Part shown: in pieces, positions 47,446-57,751 of the stretch
Layout: each line of letters begins with the position of its first letter
How positions within the stretch are numbered: the stretch's first letter is position 1
From: Candidatus Zixiibacteriota bacterium
GTDB taxonomy: Bacteria; Zixibacteria; MSB-5A5; UBA10806; 4484-95
Assembly (NCBI GenBank): GCA_037441845.1
Contig: JBBIRK010000005.1
Location: 221,230-285,229, forward strand
DNA: 64,000 nucleotides
Reading direction: 5' to 3'
Program-made: the position numbers and the translations under genes
Notes under the pieces: generated by a model
Database searches by the model: none
What the model saw: only the letters and a program-made list of their open reading frames with translations
What the model was told of the DNA's origin: nothing

Positions 47446-48890
47446 TATCTACCAACCTTGATTCTCCTGAACCTTCCCGGCGACGCCCCCTGTCCGGTTC
47501 GGGCGTTTTGTCCGGGCTGTCCTTTGCCGCAATTCGGTGTTCCCCAAATGCGCCAAAGCGACGCATCACCCAATCCATCGCAGGAATTCCAAAAATCGAT
47601 CGTGCTGGATGTATAGGTGGGATTTTTCACGTATGTGGTCAGCTTGCCGCCCTCTATAAGGCGCCCCAGCTGACAACCGAACTGGAAATTTTGCCGCATA
47701 TCGTCGATAGACCAGGACGATGAGGTTTCCATATAGATGCCGTCATCCACCCCTCCGATCAATTCATCCAATGTATATCGTCCCGGCATCAGGTTCGTAT
47801 TGGTCATACGAATCAACGGGATATTTCCCCACCCCTCGGCCACCATCGATGCGGATAGCGGCACTGTCGCTTTATCGGCGGTTTCCCTCGATGATAGATA
47901 TCCAGTTAAGATACCATTAACTATAAGCGGGATCGAAGCCGCCTTCACACCCTCATCATCGTAGCCGAAACTGCCCAGCCCGGTAACCGCCGCCGAATCG
48001 CAAATGACGTTTATATGTTCTGAACCGTATTTAAGTTTTCCTATTTTGTCTGGAGTGGCGAAACTCGCTCCCGAGAAATTGCGTTCGCTGCCGAATACCC
48101 GATCGAGCTCCAAAGCGTGGCCGATCGACTCGTGTATGACCAGGCCGAGATGTGAACCATCGAGCACTATATCGCAAATCTTCGATGGACATTCCGGCGC
48201 GGCAAGAAGGGCACGCGCCTCTTCGCATAAGCGTGGGATGTTGTCGGCGAACGGCTCACTTTCTATCAACTCCCACCCACCGCTGCAAAAAAGTCCTTCA
48301 TTCGAGGGGTAACTTCGCGAGGCACGTGCTCTGCCCTGCCCGGCCGCGGTAACTGTCATACCCGCCCCGCTTTGAACCAGCTCCTGCCATATCTCCGACC
48401 CTTCTGAATCGTAATATAGTTTCGTCGTCTTCTTGAAATCCAGAAACGCTTCCCGGGAGATGGATCCGTCTGCTTTTACCACCAGATCGTCGAGCTGGCG
48501 CAAGTAATCCAGCTTTTGCGCAATCGTCATCGTGAAAGGATCGATTTTCAATGGTGTGCGGAAGGAATCGCGGGCTATAGTTTTCGGCGCAAGCCGGATT
48601 ACCAACTTATTGATCCGCGCCGAGGCTTTGGCGATCGCCACGGCCAGCTCTGCCGCCCTTGAAACTTCCCGCGGATTGACCAAGGAAGAGGAAAAAAAAC
48701 CCCAGGCGCCGTCTGCGATTACTCTTATCCCGAAACCGCGATCGGTCGATTGTTCTAATTTCTCCGCCGTTCCATCGGCAAAATCGAGCCGTTCAAAATA
48801 CGATTCCTCGTAGCGAAAATCGGCATATTCGGCCCCGAGCGAGTCCGCCTTCCGCAAAGCGATTCGAGACATTTTTTCGATATCGGCCAT
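47445..48890 (-). CDS. tldD: TldD-family metalloprotease (catalytic subunit)
   Basis: GFGIRVIADGAWGF, IHESIGHALELDR (HExxxH), YDDEGV, IRMTN, CGKGQP. Confidence 0.92.
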   Translation of the reverse strand: MADIEKMSRIALRKADSLGAEYADFRYEESYFERLDFADGTAEKLEQSTDRGFGIRVIADGAWGFFSSSLVNPREVSRAAELAVAIAKASARINKLVIRLAPKTIARDSFRTPLKIDPFTMTIAQKLDYLRQLDDLVVKADGSISREAFLDFKKTTKLYYDSEGSEIWQELVQSGAGMTVTAAGQGRARASRSYPSNEGLFCSGGWELIESEPFADNIPRLCEEARALLAAPECPSKICDIVLDGSHLGLVIHESIGHALELDRVFGSERNFSGASFATPDKIGKLKYGSEHINVICDSAAVTGLGSFGYDDEGVKAASIPLIVNGILTGYLSSRETADKATVPLSASMVAEGWGNIPLIRMTNTNLMPGRYTLDELIGGVDDGIYMETSSSWSIDDMRQNFQFGCQLGRLIEGGKLTTYVKNPTYTSSTIDFWNSCDGLGDASLWRIWGTPNCGKGQPGQNARTGQGASPGRFRRIKVGR

Positions 48891-48899
48891 GAGCTTCCT

Positions 48900-49739
48900 T
48901 TATAACGAATGTGGTATTAAAAAGGCAACCATCGTTATCAAAAAACAGAACAATATGTAATAACCGTATGCGGTGTTCCCGACGACCGCCCGGTCCCCGC
49001 GCAGATAACCGAGACCGACTATCACCGCCACCAACCAGAATAACATGAATACTTCCGTTTTTGTGTCGGTAATATCCTTTCCGATCGGCCAACCTCCCCA
49101 TCCCTCACCGAATGTCTGGTAGGTGACCACCGGACCTATCAATATGCCTCCCACCAGAGCGCAAAGAAAAACCAACGATACCATATAAAACGCCGTTTTC
49201 GGTCGGCCGACTCCCTTGACCAGATCATAGCCGGAGAAAAATGAGAGGAACGCAAACAACACCGAGGCAAACATGAATGCGATATGAGTTATCAAGACGA
49301 TCGGCATCGTGCGTCCTTTGAATTTCACGAGGTAGCCGGGCTGGCCTATAGGCGGAAAAGATGTCAAAAACCTACCCTCACCCAACAGCTCTATTCGATA
49401 ATACAGCTTCTGCCCCCGTTTGCCTTCGGGAAGGTTTCCGGATAAAGTTTTCGAATCAATGAAACGCATCTCGGTTCTTCTCGGATTCTCACCAGAAAAA
49501 TTATAATATATAAAACCACTTCGCACCGGCGATATGTCGCCCTCGAATGAAACCACGACCTGTCTCGTTTCGCCGACCCGCGACTCGGTGACAGTTGTAT
49601 GCCTGGCAATAAACCCCTCGAACTCAGTAGAGAGATTCAAAGGCGATCTGGTGGAAATTTTTCTGGACACGCCGAGCAACGCCAGAGTCAAAATCAAAGA
49701 AACGGCGAATTTTAATCGGAATGACTTAGCCGAGCTCAC
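48900..49739 (-). CDS. Uncharacterised membrane protein (N-terminal anchor, Ig-like periplasmic domain, 4 TM with Trp-rich loop)
   Basis: Hydropathy pattern; KLYYRIEL; motif [19 protein letters not shown]; terminal IPHSL; overlaps prfA. Confidence 0.7.
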   Translation of the reverse strand: MSSAKSFRLKFAVSLILTLALLGVSRKISTRSPLNLSTEFEGFIARHTTVTESRVGETRQVVVSFEGDISPVRSGFIYYNFSGENPRRTEMRFIDSKTLSGNLPEGKRGQKLYYRIELLGEGRFLTSFPPIGQPGYLVKFKGRTMPIVLITHIAFMFASVLFAFLSFFSGYDLVKGVGRPKTAFYMVSLVFLCALVGGILIGPVVTYQTFGEGWGGWPIGKDITDTKTEVFMLFWLVAVIVGLGYLRGDRAVVGNTAYGYYILFCFLITMVAFLIPHSL

Positions 49740-50835
49740 CGGGTCTTTCCTTTCCCGATTCGACCGATCTCATTCGCTTTTCAAGTTCGAACCTCTTAGC
49801 CGATTCAATCAACTCTTCCAAGTCTCCATCCATCACACCTTCGAGAGCGTATATCGTCAAGCCGATTCGATGATCGGTAACCCGATTCTGGGGAAAATTG
49901 TAGGTTCTGATTTTTTCCGAGCGGTCGCCGGAGCCTATCATGGTGCGCCTGGTTTTGCTGACTTTTTCAGCCTGTTCCGAACGCAGGCGATCGAGCAAGC
50001 GGGCTCTAAGCACCATCATGGCCTTTACCTTGTTTTTCAATTGAGATTTTTCATCCTGGCAGCTGACTACGGTTCCGGTGGGTATGTGAGTTATTCTGAC
50101 CGCGGAATCGGTGGTGTTCACCGATTGCCCGCCCGGTCCCGAAGACCGAAACACGTCAATTCGCAACTCGTTGGGATCGATTTTCAGTTCGATTTCCTCG
50201 GCCTCCGGCAACACCGCCACCGATGCCGCCGATGTATGCACTCTGCCCGAGGCCTCGGTCGCCGGCACCCGCTGCACCCGGTGAACCCCCGATTCGTATT
50301 TCAAATCGCCGTAAACACCGTCACCTTCGAGAGAGAAAATAATCTCTTTGAAACCACCCAGCCCGGTCGGATTGGAGTTCATCACGTCGATCCGCCATCC
50401 TTTCGATTCGGCGTAACGCGAGTACATTCGGAAAAGATCGGCCACGAACAGAGCCGCTTCTTCTCCGCCGGTGCCGGCTCTGATCTCGACGATGGCGTTC
50501 TTCGAATCTTCGGGATCGGGAGGCAACAGCTTGGCCTGGAGCCGTCGCTCGAGTTTTTCTTTCTGCGGCATGAGCTCCTCGAGCTCCTGCCTGGCTATTT
50601 CCGCAACCTCGCCATCTGGATTCTCCGCCAGAACGCTCTTGTCATCGGCTATCAAGCGTAAAATTTTTTCGTATTCGTCACCCAAAACCACCAGTTCCTG
50701 AGTTCGCGATCTTTCTCGAGCGACGTCGCGATATCGGGCTTGATCGGACAAGACCTCCGGATCGGCCAGCAGTCGATCCAGCTTTTCTAATCTTTCCCGA
50801 ACCGGCTTCAATAAATCAAGAACGGTCAATTCCAC
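49726..50835 (-). CDS. prfA: Peptide chain release factor 1
   Basis: [20 protein letters not shown] (PxT), [23 protein letters not shown]. Confidence 0.97.
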   Translation of the reverse strand: MELTVLDLLKPVRERLEKLDRLLADPEVLSDQARYRDVARERSRTQELVVLGDEYEKILRLIADDKSVLAENPDGEVAEIARQELEELMPQKEKLERRLQAKLLPPDPEDSKNAIVEIRAGTGGEEAALFVADLFRMYSRYAESKGWRIDVMNSNPTGLGGFKEIIFSLEGDGVYGDLKYESGVHRVQRVPATEASGRVHTSAASVAVLPEAEEIELKIDPNELRIDVFRSSGPGGQSVNTTDSAVRITHIPTGTVVSCQDEKSQLKNKVKAMMVLRARLLDRLRSEQAEKVSKTRRTMIGSGDRSEKIRTYNFPQNRVTDHRIGLTIYALEGVMDGDLEELIESAKRFELEKRMRSVESGKERPGELG

Positions 50836-50868
50836 TTGGCTTCACCTGATCTCACATTGCATTATGGA

Positions 50869-51810
50869 TTATTCGACAGACGACTTGAGAGCTGCTATCG
50901 CCACTTGAAGCTGCGAGGCATCGGGTTCACGAGTGGTTATTTTCTGGAGCCACAATCCCGGGGCTATAAGCATTCGGGTTATTCTCCTGTCACGTGTTTT
51001 TCCCGAAAGCTTCAGCAACTCATAGGAAAATCCGGCTATAAGCGGCAGAAGTAACAAATGGATTCCGAATCGCTGTAATAACCCGGGCTGCCTACCTACA
51101 AACACCGCGAAAAGCGAATCTGAAAGCGAAAACATGAAAACTGCAAGAAACGCGACTATCAGGATGAAGCTTGTGCCGCAGCGAGGATGCAGGGTGGCAA
51201 ATCGCGCTGCGTTTTCGACCGTCAGCGGAAGATCGTTTTCGAAAGCGTGGATCGCCTTATGTTCGGCTCCGTGATATTCGAAAATCCTTTTTATATCTTT
51301 GAAAGTGGAAATTATCGCTATATACGCAAGAAAAAAAGCCACCCTGAAAAGTCCGGCCGTCAGATTGAATAAAAACGCCTGTCGATCGAAACCCAGAAGT
51401 TGAGTCAAGAACAACGGCAGGAAGAAAAAAAGTGCTATGCCGAAGCCTAAAGCGATAATCAAGGCCAGCCCCAAAGCAACGCCTATTTTCGCCGAGACCG
51501 GTCCGCCGATAGCATTCCGCGAATCTTCGGGAGCGGCCGCGATCTCGGCGGAATAATTCAGCGTCTTTATACCGAGGATCAACATTTCGAAAAAGGATAT
51601 GACACCCCTGATGATAGGTCGGCCCAGCAATCGTTTCTTTTGGGTCAAGGATCTGAACTGTTCGCTGCGGGTGATAATCTCGCCGGTGGTGTGCCGTACG
51701 GAGGTGGAAACGCGATCCGGCGACCGCATCATCACGCCCTCGATAACCGCCTGGCCGCCCACGTTTTTATCGACAAACAGAAGCGGCGAAAGGAGATACT
51801 TGAAAAACAT
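50869..51810 (-). CDS. DUF1385 family membrane protein
   Basis: VGGQAVIEGVMMR, FEYHGAEHK, HPRCGTSF, LQKITTREP. Confidence 0.92.
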   Translation of the reverse strand: MFFKYLLSPLLFVDKNVGGQAVIEGVMMRSPDRVSTSVRHTTGEIITRSEQFRSLTQKKRLLGRPIIRGVISFFEMLILGIKTLNYSAEIAAAPEDSRNAIGGPVSAKIGVALGLALIIALGFGIALFFFLPLFLTQLLGFDRQAFLFNLTAGLFRVAFFLAYIAIISTFKDIKRIFEYHGAEHKAIHAFENDLPLTVENAARFATLHPRCGTSFILIVAFLAVFMFSLSDSLFAVFVGRQPGLLQRFGIHLLLLPLIAGFSYELLKLSGKTRDRRITRMLIAPGLWLQKITTREPDASQLQVAIAALKSSVE

Positions 51811-51872
51811 GGCCTGAATCCATCCGAAACACGCCGAACGCGGTGGCCTCTGCATTGGAAATTTACAGGATA

Positions 51873-52076
51873 TTATTTTTCCTGGCCGTATTTGCGCTTG
51901 AACCTATCGACGCGCCCGGCCGTATCCACCAGTTTCTGTTTGCCGGTGAAAAACGGATGGCAATTCGAGCAGATTTCAACCGAGATGCTCTTGACGGTCG
52001 ATCTGGTTTCTATCACGTTGCCGCAGGCGCAGGTGATGCGCGTTTCGTAATATTTGGGATGTATTTTATCCTTCAT
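51873..52076 (-). CDS. rpmE: 50S ribosomal protein L31 (Zn-binding type)
   Basis: [39 protein letters not shown]. Confidence 0.97.
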   Translation of the reverse strand: MKDKIHPKYYETRITCACGNVIETRSTVKSISVEICSNCHPFFTGKQKLVDTAGRVDRFKRKYGQEK

Positions 52077-52156
52077 TTTTCCTCCAAAAGCATAAATATA
52101 TTCCTTTTCCATTCAATAGCAAGAATTAAATATCCGATCTCGTTGTCTATCCGCCG

Positions 52157-53443
52157 CTATCTCAATATCGTGAATTTTAGCGCATTTCCGCCTCCACGCG
52201 GCCGAGCCAAATACAGCCCCGACGGCAACATTTCGCCTGCACGATCCCGGCCGTCCCAGTAGAAAGCGCCGCCACTACCGATATCGCTTAAAGTCGCCAA
52301 TAACCGTCCGCCGATATCGAAAATATCGACCAACATACGATCAGCGGTTTCATCATAGCCTATGATCGGTATCATCAAGCCGCCGTTGGACGGATTCGGA
52401 TAGGGTCGTCCAAGCCGGATTGCATCGTGACCACCGGCCGATGTTTCGCTGATATCGGTGCGTGAATCATACGCGGCAAGCGAAACCGGTCCTGCGCCCA
52501 CTCCAAAATTGCCTTGAACGTTTCCATAATAATCGAATTTCGTAACCGAACTGGCGACTTGACCGCTCGAATATACGAATCCGACCGAATCGAGAGCGAT
52601 TCCCATAGCTCCGGTCGAAACCTGAATCGGGTTCGATTGCCCTCTTATAAGAGTGCGGTTTAATGCATTATAACAGAACACATATCCCGGACCCGTCCAC
52701 CCGCCCGCACCGATAAATCCGATGCCGAAACGATTTATCACGACCTGGGCCGGATAACCACCGGTCGCCAAAGAATCGATGACGCTATGCGACGACGGGT
52801 CGATAAAATAAATCATGCCTTGAATATCATCGTAATTTCCGGTGCAAATCACGCTAAGGATACCATCACCGCCGATAGCCATATACTGCGGATTTTTTCC
52901 CACATTTATGGAACCGATGAACGCGCCTGTCGTCAGATCGATCTCGTCAACTCTCCCCTGACCATAGCTGAAATCATCGGGATTGAACGCGGTTATGGCG
53001 ACATACAAACGCCCGTCGTGACAAAGGACTCCCGCCGGTGACAGTCCGACCGCGAATGTATCGATCACCTGGCGTGTCGACAGATTTACCCTATATACGC
53101 TATTGCTAATAAATCCACTTATGAAAGCATGCCCGTTCCAGAAATCGCAATGATAAGGATTCGAATTCAAGGGCAGGGCGATTTCCGCGATCGTGCGCGG
53201 CGTTTCCGGTTCGATTACCTGCAAGCTCGCCGAACCCGAGTTTATCACATAAAGCATACCGGCGTATACCGCCACCTGATTGGGCACCGGTCCGGTGACC
53301 AGAACGTGATTCTGCACCTCCATGGTGGAAAGATTGATCCGCGAAAGCGTTTCCGAAGTGCCATTGACAATGTACAACCAGTTATCCGCCATAAGCCCGG
53401 CTGATAGAAAGAGCAATGAGGCAAAAATCTTTAGCATTTTCAT
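52157..53443 (-). CDS. YncE/YVTN beta-propeller (BtuG-like corrinoid-binding candidate) with C-terminal T9SS-type-A/FlgD-like domain
   Basis: Repeated VG..P propeller blades; C-terminal PYPNPSN...DIFDIGGR...WDGRD..G..LPSGLY; lies in the B12 riboswitch operon. Confidence 0.75.
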   Translation of the reverse strand: MKMLKIFASLLFLSAGLMADNWLYIVNGTSETLSRINLSTMEVQNHVLVTGPVPNQVAVYAGMLYVINSGSASLQVIEPETPRTIAEIALPLNSNPYHCDFWNGHAFISGFISNSVYRVNLSTRQVIDTFAVGLSPAGVLCHDGRLYVAITAFNPDDFSYGQGRVDEIDLTTGAFIGSINVGKNPQYMAIGGDGILSVICTGNYDDIQGMIYFIDPSSHSVIDSLATGGYPAQVVINRFGIGFIGAGGWTGPGYVFCYNALNRTLIRGQSNPIQVSTGAMGIALDSVGFVYSSGQVASSVTKFDYYGNVQGNFGVGAGPVSLAAYDSRTDISETSAGGHDAIRLGRPYPNPSNGGLMIPIIGYDETADRMLVDIFDIGGRLLATLSDIGSGGAFYWDGRDRAGEMLPSGLYLARPRGGGNALKFTILR

Positions 53444-53455
53444 CTGGTGTTCCTC

Positions 53456-55591
53456 CTAAAATTCGACGCCGACTCCCGCGCCAATGGTCCGGGGCGGCAT
53501 TGGTTGAAACTCCACGAGTTCATATGTTTCATCGGTGAAATTATCTATCCAAAATCTCACCTCGACCGTCGCGTATTTCCACCGCATTTCCAAACCAGCC
53601 TCCAAATCAGCTATCAAATACGGCGCCAGCGCTTTCGTGTTTTCCTCGAGATAAAATCTTCGGTCTGAGGATCGGATTCCGTAATGCAGATATGCGCCGC
53701 GATGATGCACCACGGCATCGAGCTTGTTAACCCAGCGAGGCTGATAAACGATTTCTTTTCCGAAATAAGGTTGATTCCACTCGCGATTTCGTGTTATCGA
53801 TCGAACGCGCGAAAAATCGATAGCCAAAATGTCGCCCGGTGTCTTATATCCGGCGGTCAGAATCAAGCCATGGTAGTCAGACGAATTGATATTGACCGGC
53901 TTATATTTCACCCCCTGCGATCTTCGCCAATATATCATATCGGTGAATCGCGAGTCCCGATATTCCATAGTCAACCGCCACTCTCCTTGCAAAGTCAAGC
54001 CGGTGATCAATTCCACCCCTCGAGAGGCCGATTTTTCGGGCTTCAAATCGGGATTCGGCAACGAAAATACATCCTCTTTCCAATGCAGATCCGCCAAACC
54101 GGGCAGGCGAAAGGATCGCGAACGATAAATTCTGATACCCAGATGCGGAAAATCGCGATGTGAAATCGCCAGAGCGGCCAGCCCTGAAGTGTGATTGTCG
54201 AGGCCTACTCTATTCACCCCGGCGCCGAGACTCAATCGGAAAACAAGCCACTTGAATCGGCGACCAAAATCAAGATCGATATCGCCGCCACCGACAGACC
54301 GGCTATGGTTCCCCAAGGAATTCGCCGTTCTGAGTTTGTCCCGGCCTGCAAGTGACTCTTTACGATAATACAGGGCGCCTTTAATTTCGATTTCAGGCGA
54401 GGGCACTACCTCGGCGAGCAAATCGAACTGGATTTCTTCCTCTTTGTAATAGGTATCGAATTTAATCCAAGAATCGGGGTCAAGATAATGAAGGTTTTTT
54501 CTGGTGTGCGAAACGCCCAATTCCATTCTGATCTTCTTTTCGACGAATCTGCCATAATCGGCGCCGATCGAAATCGTTTTTTTACGTTGCGAGGCCGATG
54601 GGCTCGGCTGAACCGTTTGTCCCGGCACGCCGCCTTTGTTGTCGTAAAACAGCCCGGAAAAGGAAAGTTTGCCGCCCAGCAGATAGCGGCCTCCCGAGAT
54701 GGATAAGCGCTCCAGAAACGATTGCGCGTTTTCCCTGGTTTTCAGGTCGCCGAAATAATCGGTATAGGGAAAGTCATTTTTCCTGAACTGGGATTCGGCG
54801 TTGATATTGAAATTGCCGAATCGGCTGTTTCCTGCGCCTGCGGTCAAACGATAGTTTTCGAATCCGAATTCGGCGCGGGCATGATCGATACGCAGATTGA
54901 CGGCCGGTTTTTCCGATTTGGTGATGAAATCGATGGTTCCGGAAAGTCCGGAACCGCCGCCCGTCCCGTCGCGATAAAAGACTATTTTCTTTATGGCCGA
55001 TAACGGCAACTGGCTCAGGTCGGCCTTGCCGGTCAGGCTCGAATTCAATCTCCTGCCGTCGAGCTGCACCTCGAGAGCCTCAGGACGCGAGCCGACCACC
55101 CCGACATATGTCTCGTTTCCCGAAACGATCAACTGCAATTCCGGAATTTCCCTGATGAGGTGGGGGATATCCCTAATACCGGAATCGACATGATAAGTCC
55201 GCTTTTCACTCAATAATCCCTGAGCGCTGTCGATTTCAGCGGCGACCGTAATCGGCTCGAGTTGAATCGCATCATCGGAGAAAAAGATATCGCATTCGGC
55301 AGGCGAGACGCCGTTAACTCTGACCGGCACCGCCACTCGAACGATTCGGCCTTTGAATTCGCATCTGATTTTGTATGAACCGGTTTCGAGATTTTTGAAT
55401 CTATAGCAGCCGTTATGATCGGTGATTTCCGGATCGATTTCGGTATCCAAGAAAACAAGAGCGCCCGCAATCGGCCCTGCGGAGTCGAATACTCTGCCCT
55501 GTAAGCTGACTTCCTCTTGTCCATAAAGCGGTGTCGGGAGATTGCAAACTATCAGAACTGAAAGCGTATAAAAAATAAACCTCCGGGACAT
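53456..55591 (-). CDS. TonB-dependent receptor, BtuB-like, with N-terminal carboxypeptidase-regulatory-like domain
   Basis: Plug region LDGRRLNS...DLSQLP..AIKKI; FRLP, NPDLKPEK, NFTDETY, C-terminal Phe; downstream of a cobalamin riboswitch. Confidence 0.88.
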   Translation of the reverse strand: MSRRFIFYTLSVLIVCNLPTPLYGQEEVSLQGRVFDSAGPIAGALVFLDTEIDPEITDHNGCYRFKNLETGSYKIRCEFKGRIVRVAVPVRVNGVSPAECDIFFSDDAIQLEPITVAAEIDSAQGLLSEKRTYHVDSGIRDIPHLIREIPELQLIVSGNETYVGVVGSRPEALEVQLDGRRLNSSLTGKADLSQLPLSAIKKIVFYRDGTGGGSGLSGTIDFITKSEKPAVNLRIDHARAEFGFENYRLTAGAGNSRFGNFNINAESQFRKNDFPYTDYFGDLKTRENAQSFLERLSISGGRYLLGGKLSFSGLFYDNKGGVPGQTVQPSPSASQRKKTISIGADYGRFVEKKIRMELGVSHTRKNLHYLDPDSWIKFDTYYKEEEIQFDLLAEVVPSPEIEIKGALYYRKESLAGRDKLRTANSLGNHSRSVGGGDIDLDFGRRFKWLVFRLSLGAGVNRVGLDNHTSGLAALAISHRDFPHLGIRIYRSRSFRLPGLADLHWKEDVFSLPNPDLKPEKSASRGVELITGLTLQGEWRLTMEYRDSRFTDMIYWRRSQGVKYKPVNINSSDYHGLILTAGYKTPGDILAIDFSRVRSITRNREWNQPYFGKEIVYQPRWVNKLDAVVHHRGAYLHYGIRSSDRRFYLEENTKALAPYLIADLEAGLEMRWKYATVEVRFWIDNFTDETYELVEFQPMPPRTIGAGVGVEF

Positions 55592-55664
55592 CCGGAGGAA
55601 AAGAAGCGTTCGATTCACGCAGCCAACCCTTCCCTCGAAGGTCACGTAACGACTGTCGCAAAGC

Positions 55665-55813
55665 GGCAGGTCTCCTGACTTACGGCATCGAATTCAGCCC
55701 GGCCTTCCCATCCATTCGATAGTGACCAAGGCTTCGGTATTAGCCGTTTACAGTAGCGGGGCTGTGGCGGCCTCTCACCGCCTTCCCTTTATCCACTAAG
55801 GATACCGCTCTGC
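55665..55813 (-). ncRNA. Cobalamin (B12) riboswitch
   Basis: Minus strand AAAGGGAAGGCGGTGAGAGGCCGCCACAGCCCCGCTACTGTAA...CACT...TGGGAAGG...AAGTCAGGAGACCTGCC (B12 box). Confidence 0.95.
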
Positions 55814-55826
55814 TTTGTTTATGTTC

Positions 55827-55855
55827 AGTATAAGAGCCTTGTGCGGTAATGTCAA
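55827..55855 (-). promoter_or_regulatory. sigma70 promoter of the B12 riboswitch operon
   Basis: TTGACA-N17-TATACT directly upstream of the aptamer. Confidence 0.72.
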
Positions 55856-55909
55856 CGATTTAATTCGCCCAAAGAAACTGGCGAATAATCTTTTTGATCG
55901 CAGGTGCGG

Positions 55910-57736
55910 CTATTCCACAGTGACGCTTTTGGCAAGATTGCGCGGTTGATCGACGTCACAGCCGCGAAGGACCGCCATATGATAGGCAAGAAGTTGAAGA
56001 GGAATTATGGCGATCAGCGGCAGCACGAAATCGTTCGCGGCCGGTATATATATGATATCATCGACAAGAGTCCGGATATGATCGTCCCCCTCCGTGGCGA
56101 TAGCGATCACGTTCCCCTTGCGCGCCTTTATCTCCTGGATATTCGAAAGTATCTTGTCATAAACGGAATCGCGCGGGGCGATCACCACGACGGGCATATT
56201 TTCATCTATCAAGGCGATCGGTCCGTGTTTCATCTCGGCGGCGGGATATCCCTCGGCATGGATATAAGAGATTTCTTTCAATTTGAGGGCGCCCTCAAGC
56301 GCGACCGGGAAATTCACGCCGCGTCCGAGGTAAAGAAAATTGTTTATGCCGGCGTACTTTTCAGCTATTTTCCGCACATTATCGCTTGATTCGAGCACCC
56401 GGCTAACCAGATCGGGAGTGGCCTGAAGAGCCTTAATCAACTCCTCACCCTTCTCGAACGACATATTGCGCATTCGGGCCAGCAAAATCGTTATCAAGGA
56501 GAGAACCATAATCTGGGAGGTGAACGCTTTCGTGGAGGCGACTCCTATTTCCGGGCCGGCGTGAATATATACGCCGCCGTCGGTTTCGCGGGCGATCGTG
56601 GAGCCGACGACATTGCAGATCCCCAGGCAGGTGGCGCCGCGGCGCTTGGTTTCGCGCAAAGCGGCCAACGTATCGGCGGTTTCTCCCGATTGAGAAATAA
56701 CGAAAACTATGGTGCCCGGATTGAGTATCGGATTGCGATATCGAAACTCGGAGGCATATTCCACCTCTACCGGTATCCGGGCATATTCTTCGATAAGATA
56801 TTCACCTATCAAAGCCGCATGCCAAGAAGTTCCGCAGGCGCTGATAATAATCCGGTCTATCTGATGCAGCTCCTTATACTGGAGATTCAAACCGTTCAGC
56901 CGCGAGATACCGTTTTCGAAATCGAGCCGCCCTCGGATCGCGTTCCTCAACGTGGTCGGTTGCTCCATTATTTCTTTCAACATGAAATGAGGGTAACCGC
57001 CCTTTTCAATCATATCCAGAGACCATGATACTTCCTGCACCCGCGGGCTCACATGGGTTTTATCCAGCTTGGATATACGGAAGCCCGAGGATTTAATCTC
57101 GGCGATCTCCTGCTCGCCCAGATAAACGACTTGATTGGTATGGCGCAGAATCGCCGCCACGTCGGAGGCCAAAAAGTTTTCCCCCTGCCCCCTGCCGATC
57201 ACCAGCGGGGAACCGTTGCGGGCGGCCACGATTCTATCGGGAGTGTCCAGACAGATTACTCCGATCCCGTAAGTCCCCTCGACCTGGGTCAGCGCCGCTC
57301 GCACCGCCTCCATAAGATCGCCTTCGAATTGGTCCTCAATCAAATGAGCCAAGATCTCCGTATCGGTTTCGGTGATGAACCTATGCCCCTTTTTGATGAG
57401 GAATTTTTTTAGGGTGGAATAATTCTCGATTATACCGTTGTGAACGACCGCGATTTTGCCGGTGCAATCTATATGCGGGTGGGCGTTTATATCGGTGGGT
57501 TCGCCGTGAGTCGCCCAACGGGTATGGCCGACTCCCAGCGTTGAATTGTACTCTTTGTCGCGTATGAGTTCCGCGAGGGCTTGAATCTTGCCGGCCGTCT
57601 TCTGGAAAATCATGTTCGAGTTTTCGATAAAAGCCAGCCCCGCCGAATCATAACCACGATATTCGAGCCGTCTCAGCCCTTCGACCAAGATTGGCACTAC
57701 CTTTTTATCGCCGATATATCCTACTATGCCACACAT
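55910..57736 (-). CDS. glmS: Glutamine--fructose-6-phosphate aminotransferase
   Basis: MCGIVG, EYRGYDSAG, GHTRWATHG, SQSGETAD, VASTKAF, PRNLAKSVTVE. Confidence 0.98.
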   Translation of the reverse strand: MCGIVGYIGDKKVVPILVEGLRRLEYRGYDSAGLAFIENSNMIFQKTAGKIQALAELIRDKEYNSTLGVGHTRWATHGEPTDINAHPHIDCTGKIAVVHNGIIENYSTLKKFLIKKGHRFITETDTEILAHLIEDQFEGDLMEAVRAALTQVEGTYGIGVICLDTPDRIVAARNGSPLVIGRGQGENFLASDVAAILRHTNQVVYLGEQEIAEIKSSGFRISKLDKTHVSPRVQEVSWSLDMIEKGGYPHFMLKEIMEQPTTLRNAIRGRLDFENGISRLNGLNLQYKELHQIDRIIISACGTSWHAALIGEYLIEEYARIPVEVEYASEFRYRNPILNPGTIVFVISQSGETADTLAALRETKRRGATCLGICNVVGSTIARETDGGVYIHAGPEIGVASTKAFTSQIMVLSLITILLARMRNMSFEKGEELIKALQATPDLVSRVLESSDNVRKIAEKYAGINNFLYLGRGVNFPVALEGALKLKEISYIHAEGYPAAEMKHGPIALIDENMPVVVIAPRDSVYDKILSNIQEIKARKGNVIAIATEGDDHIRTLVDDIIYIPAANDFVLPLIAIIPLQLLAYHMAVLRGCDVDQPRNLAKSVTVE

Positions 57737-57751
57737 GACACGCCTCGCTTT

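Noticed and set aside
49534..50661. Long antisense ORFs (375 aa opposite prfA, 314 aa at 42410-43354 opposite the sigma54 activator, and many shorter ones)
   Set aside because: Shadow ORFs of well-supported genes on the other strand, with no protein motifs of their own.
57737..57751. glmS ribozyme upstream of glmS
   Set aside because: The glmM-glmS gap is only 15 nt, and no ribozyme core is recognisable upstream of glmM.
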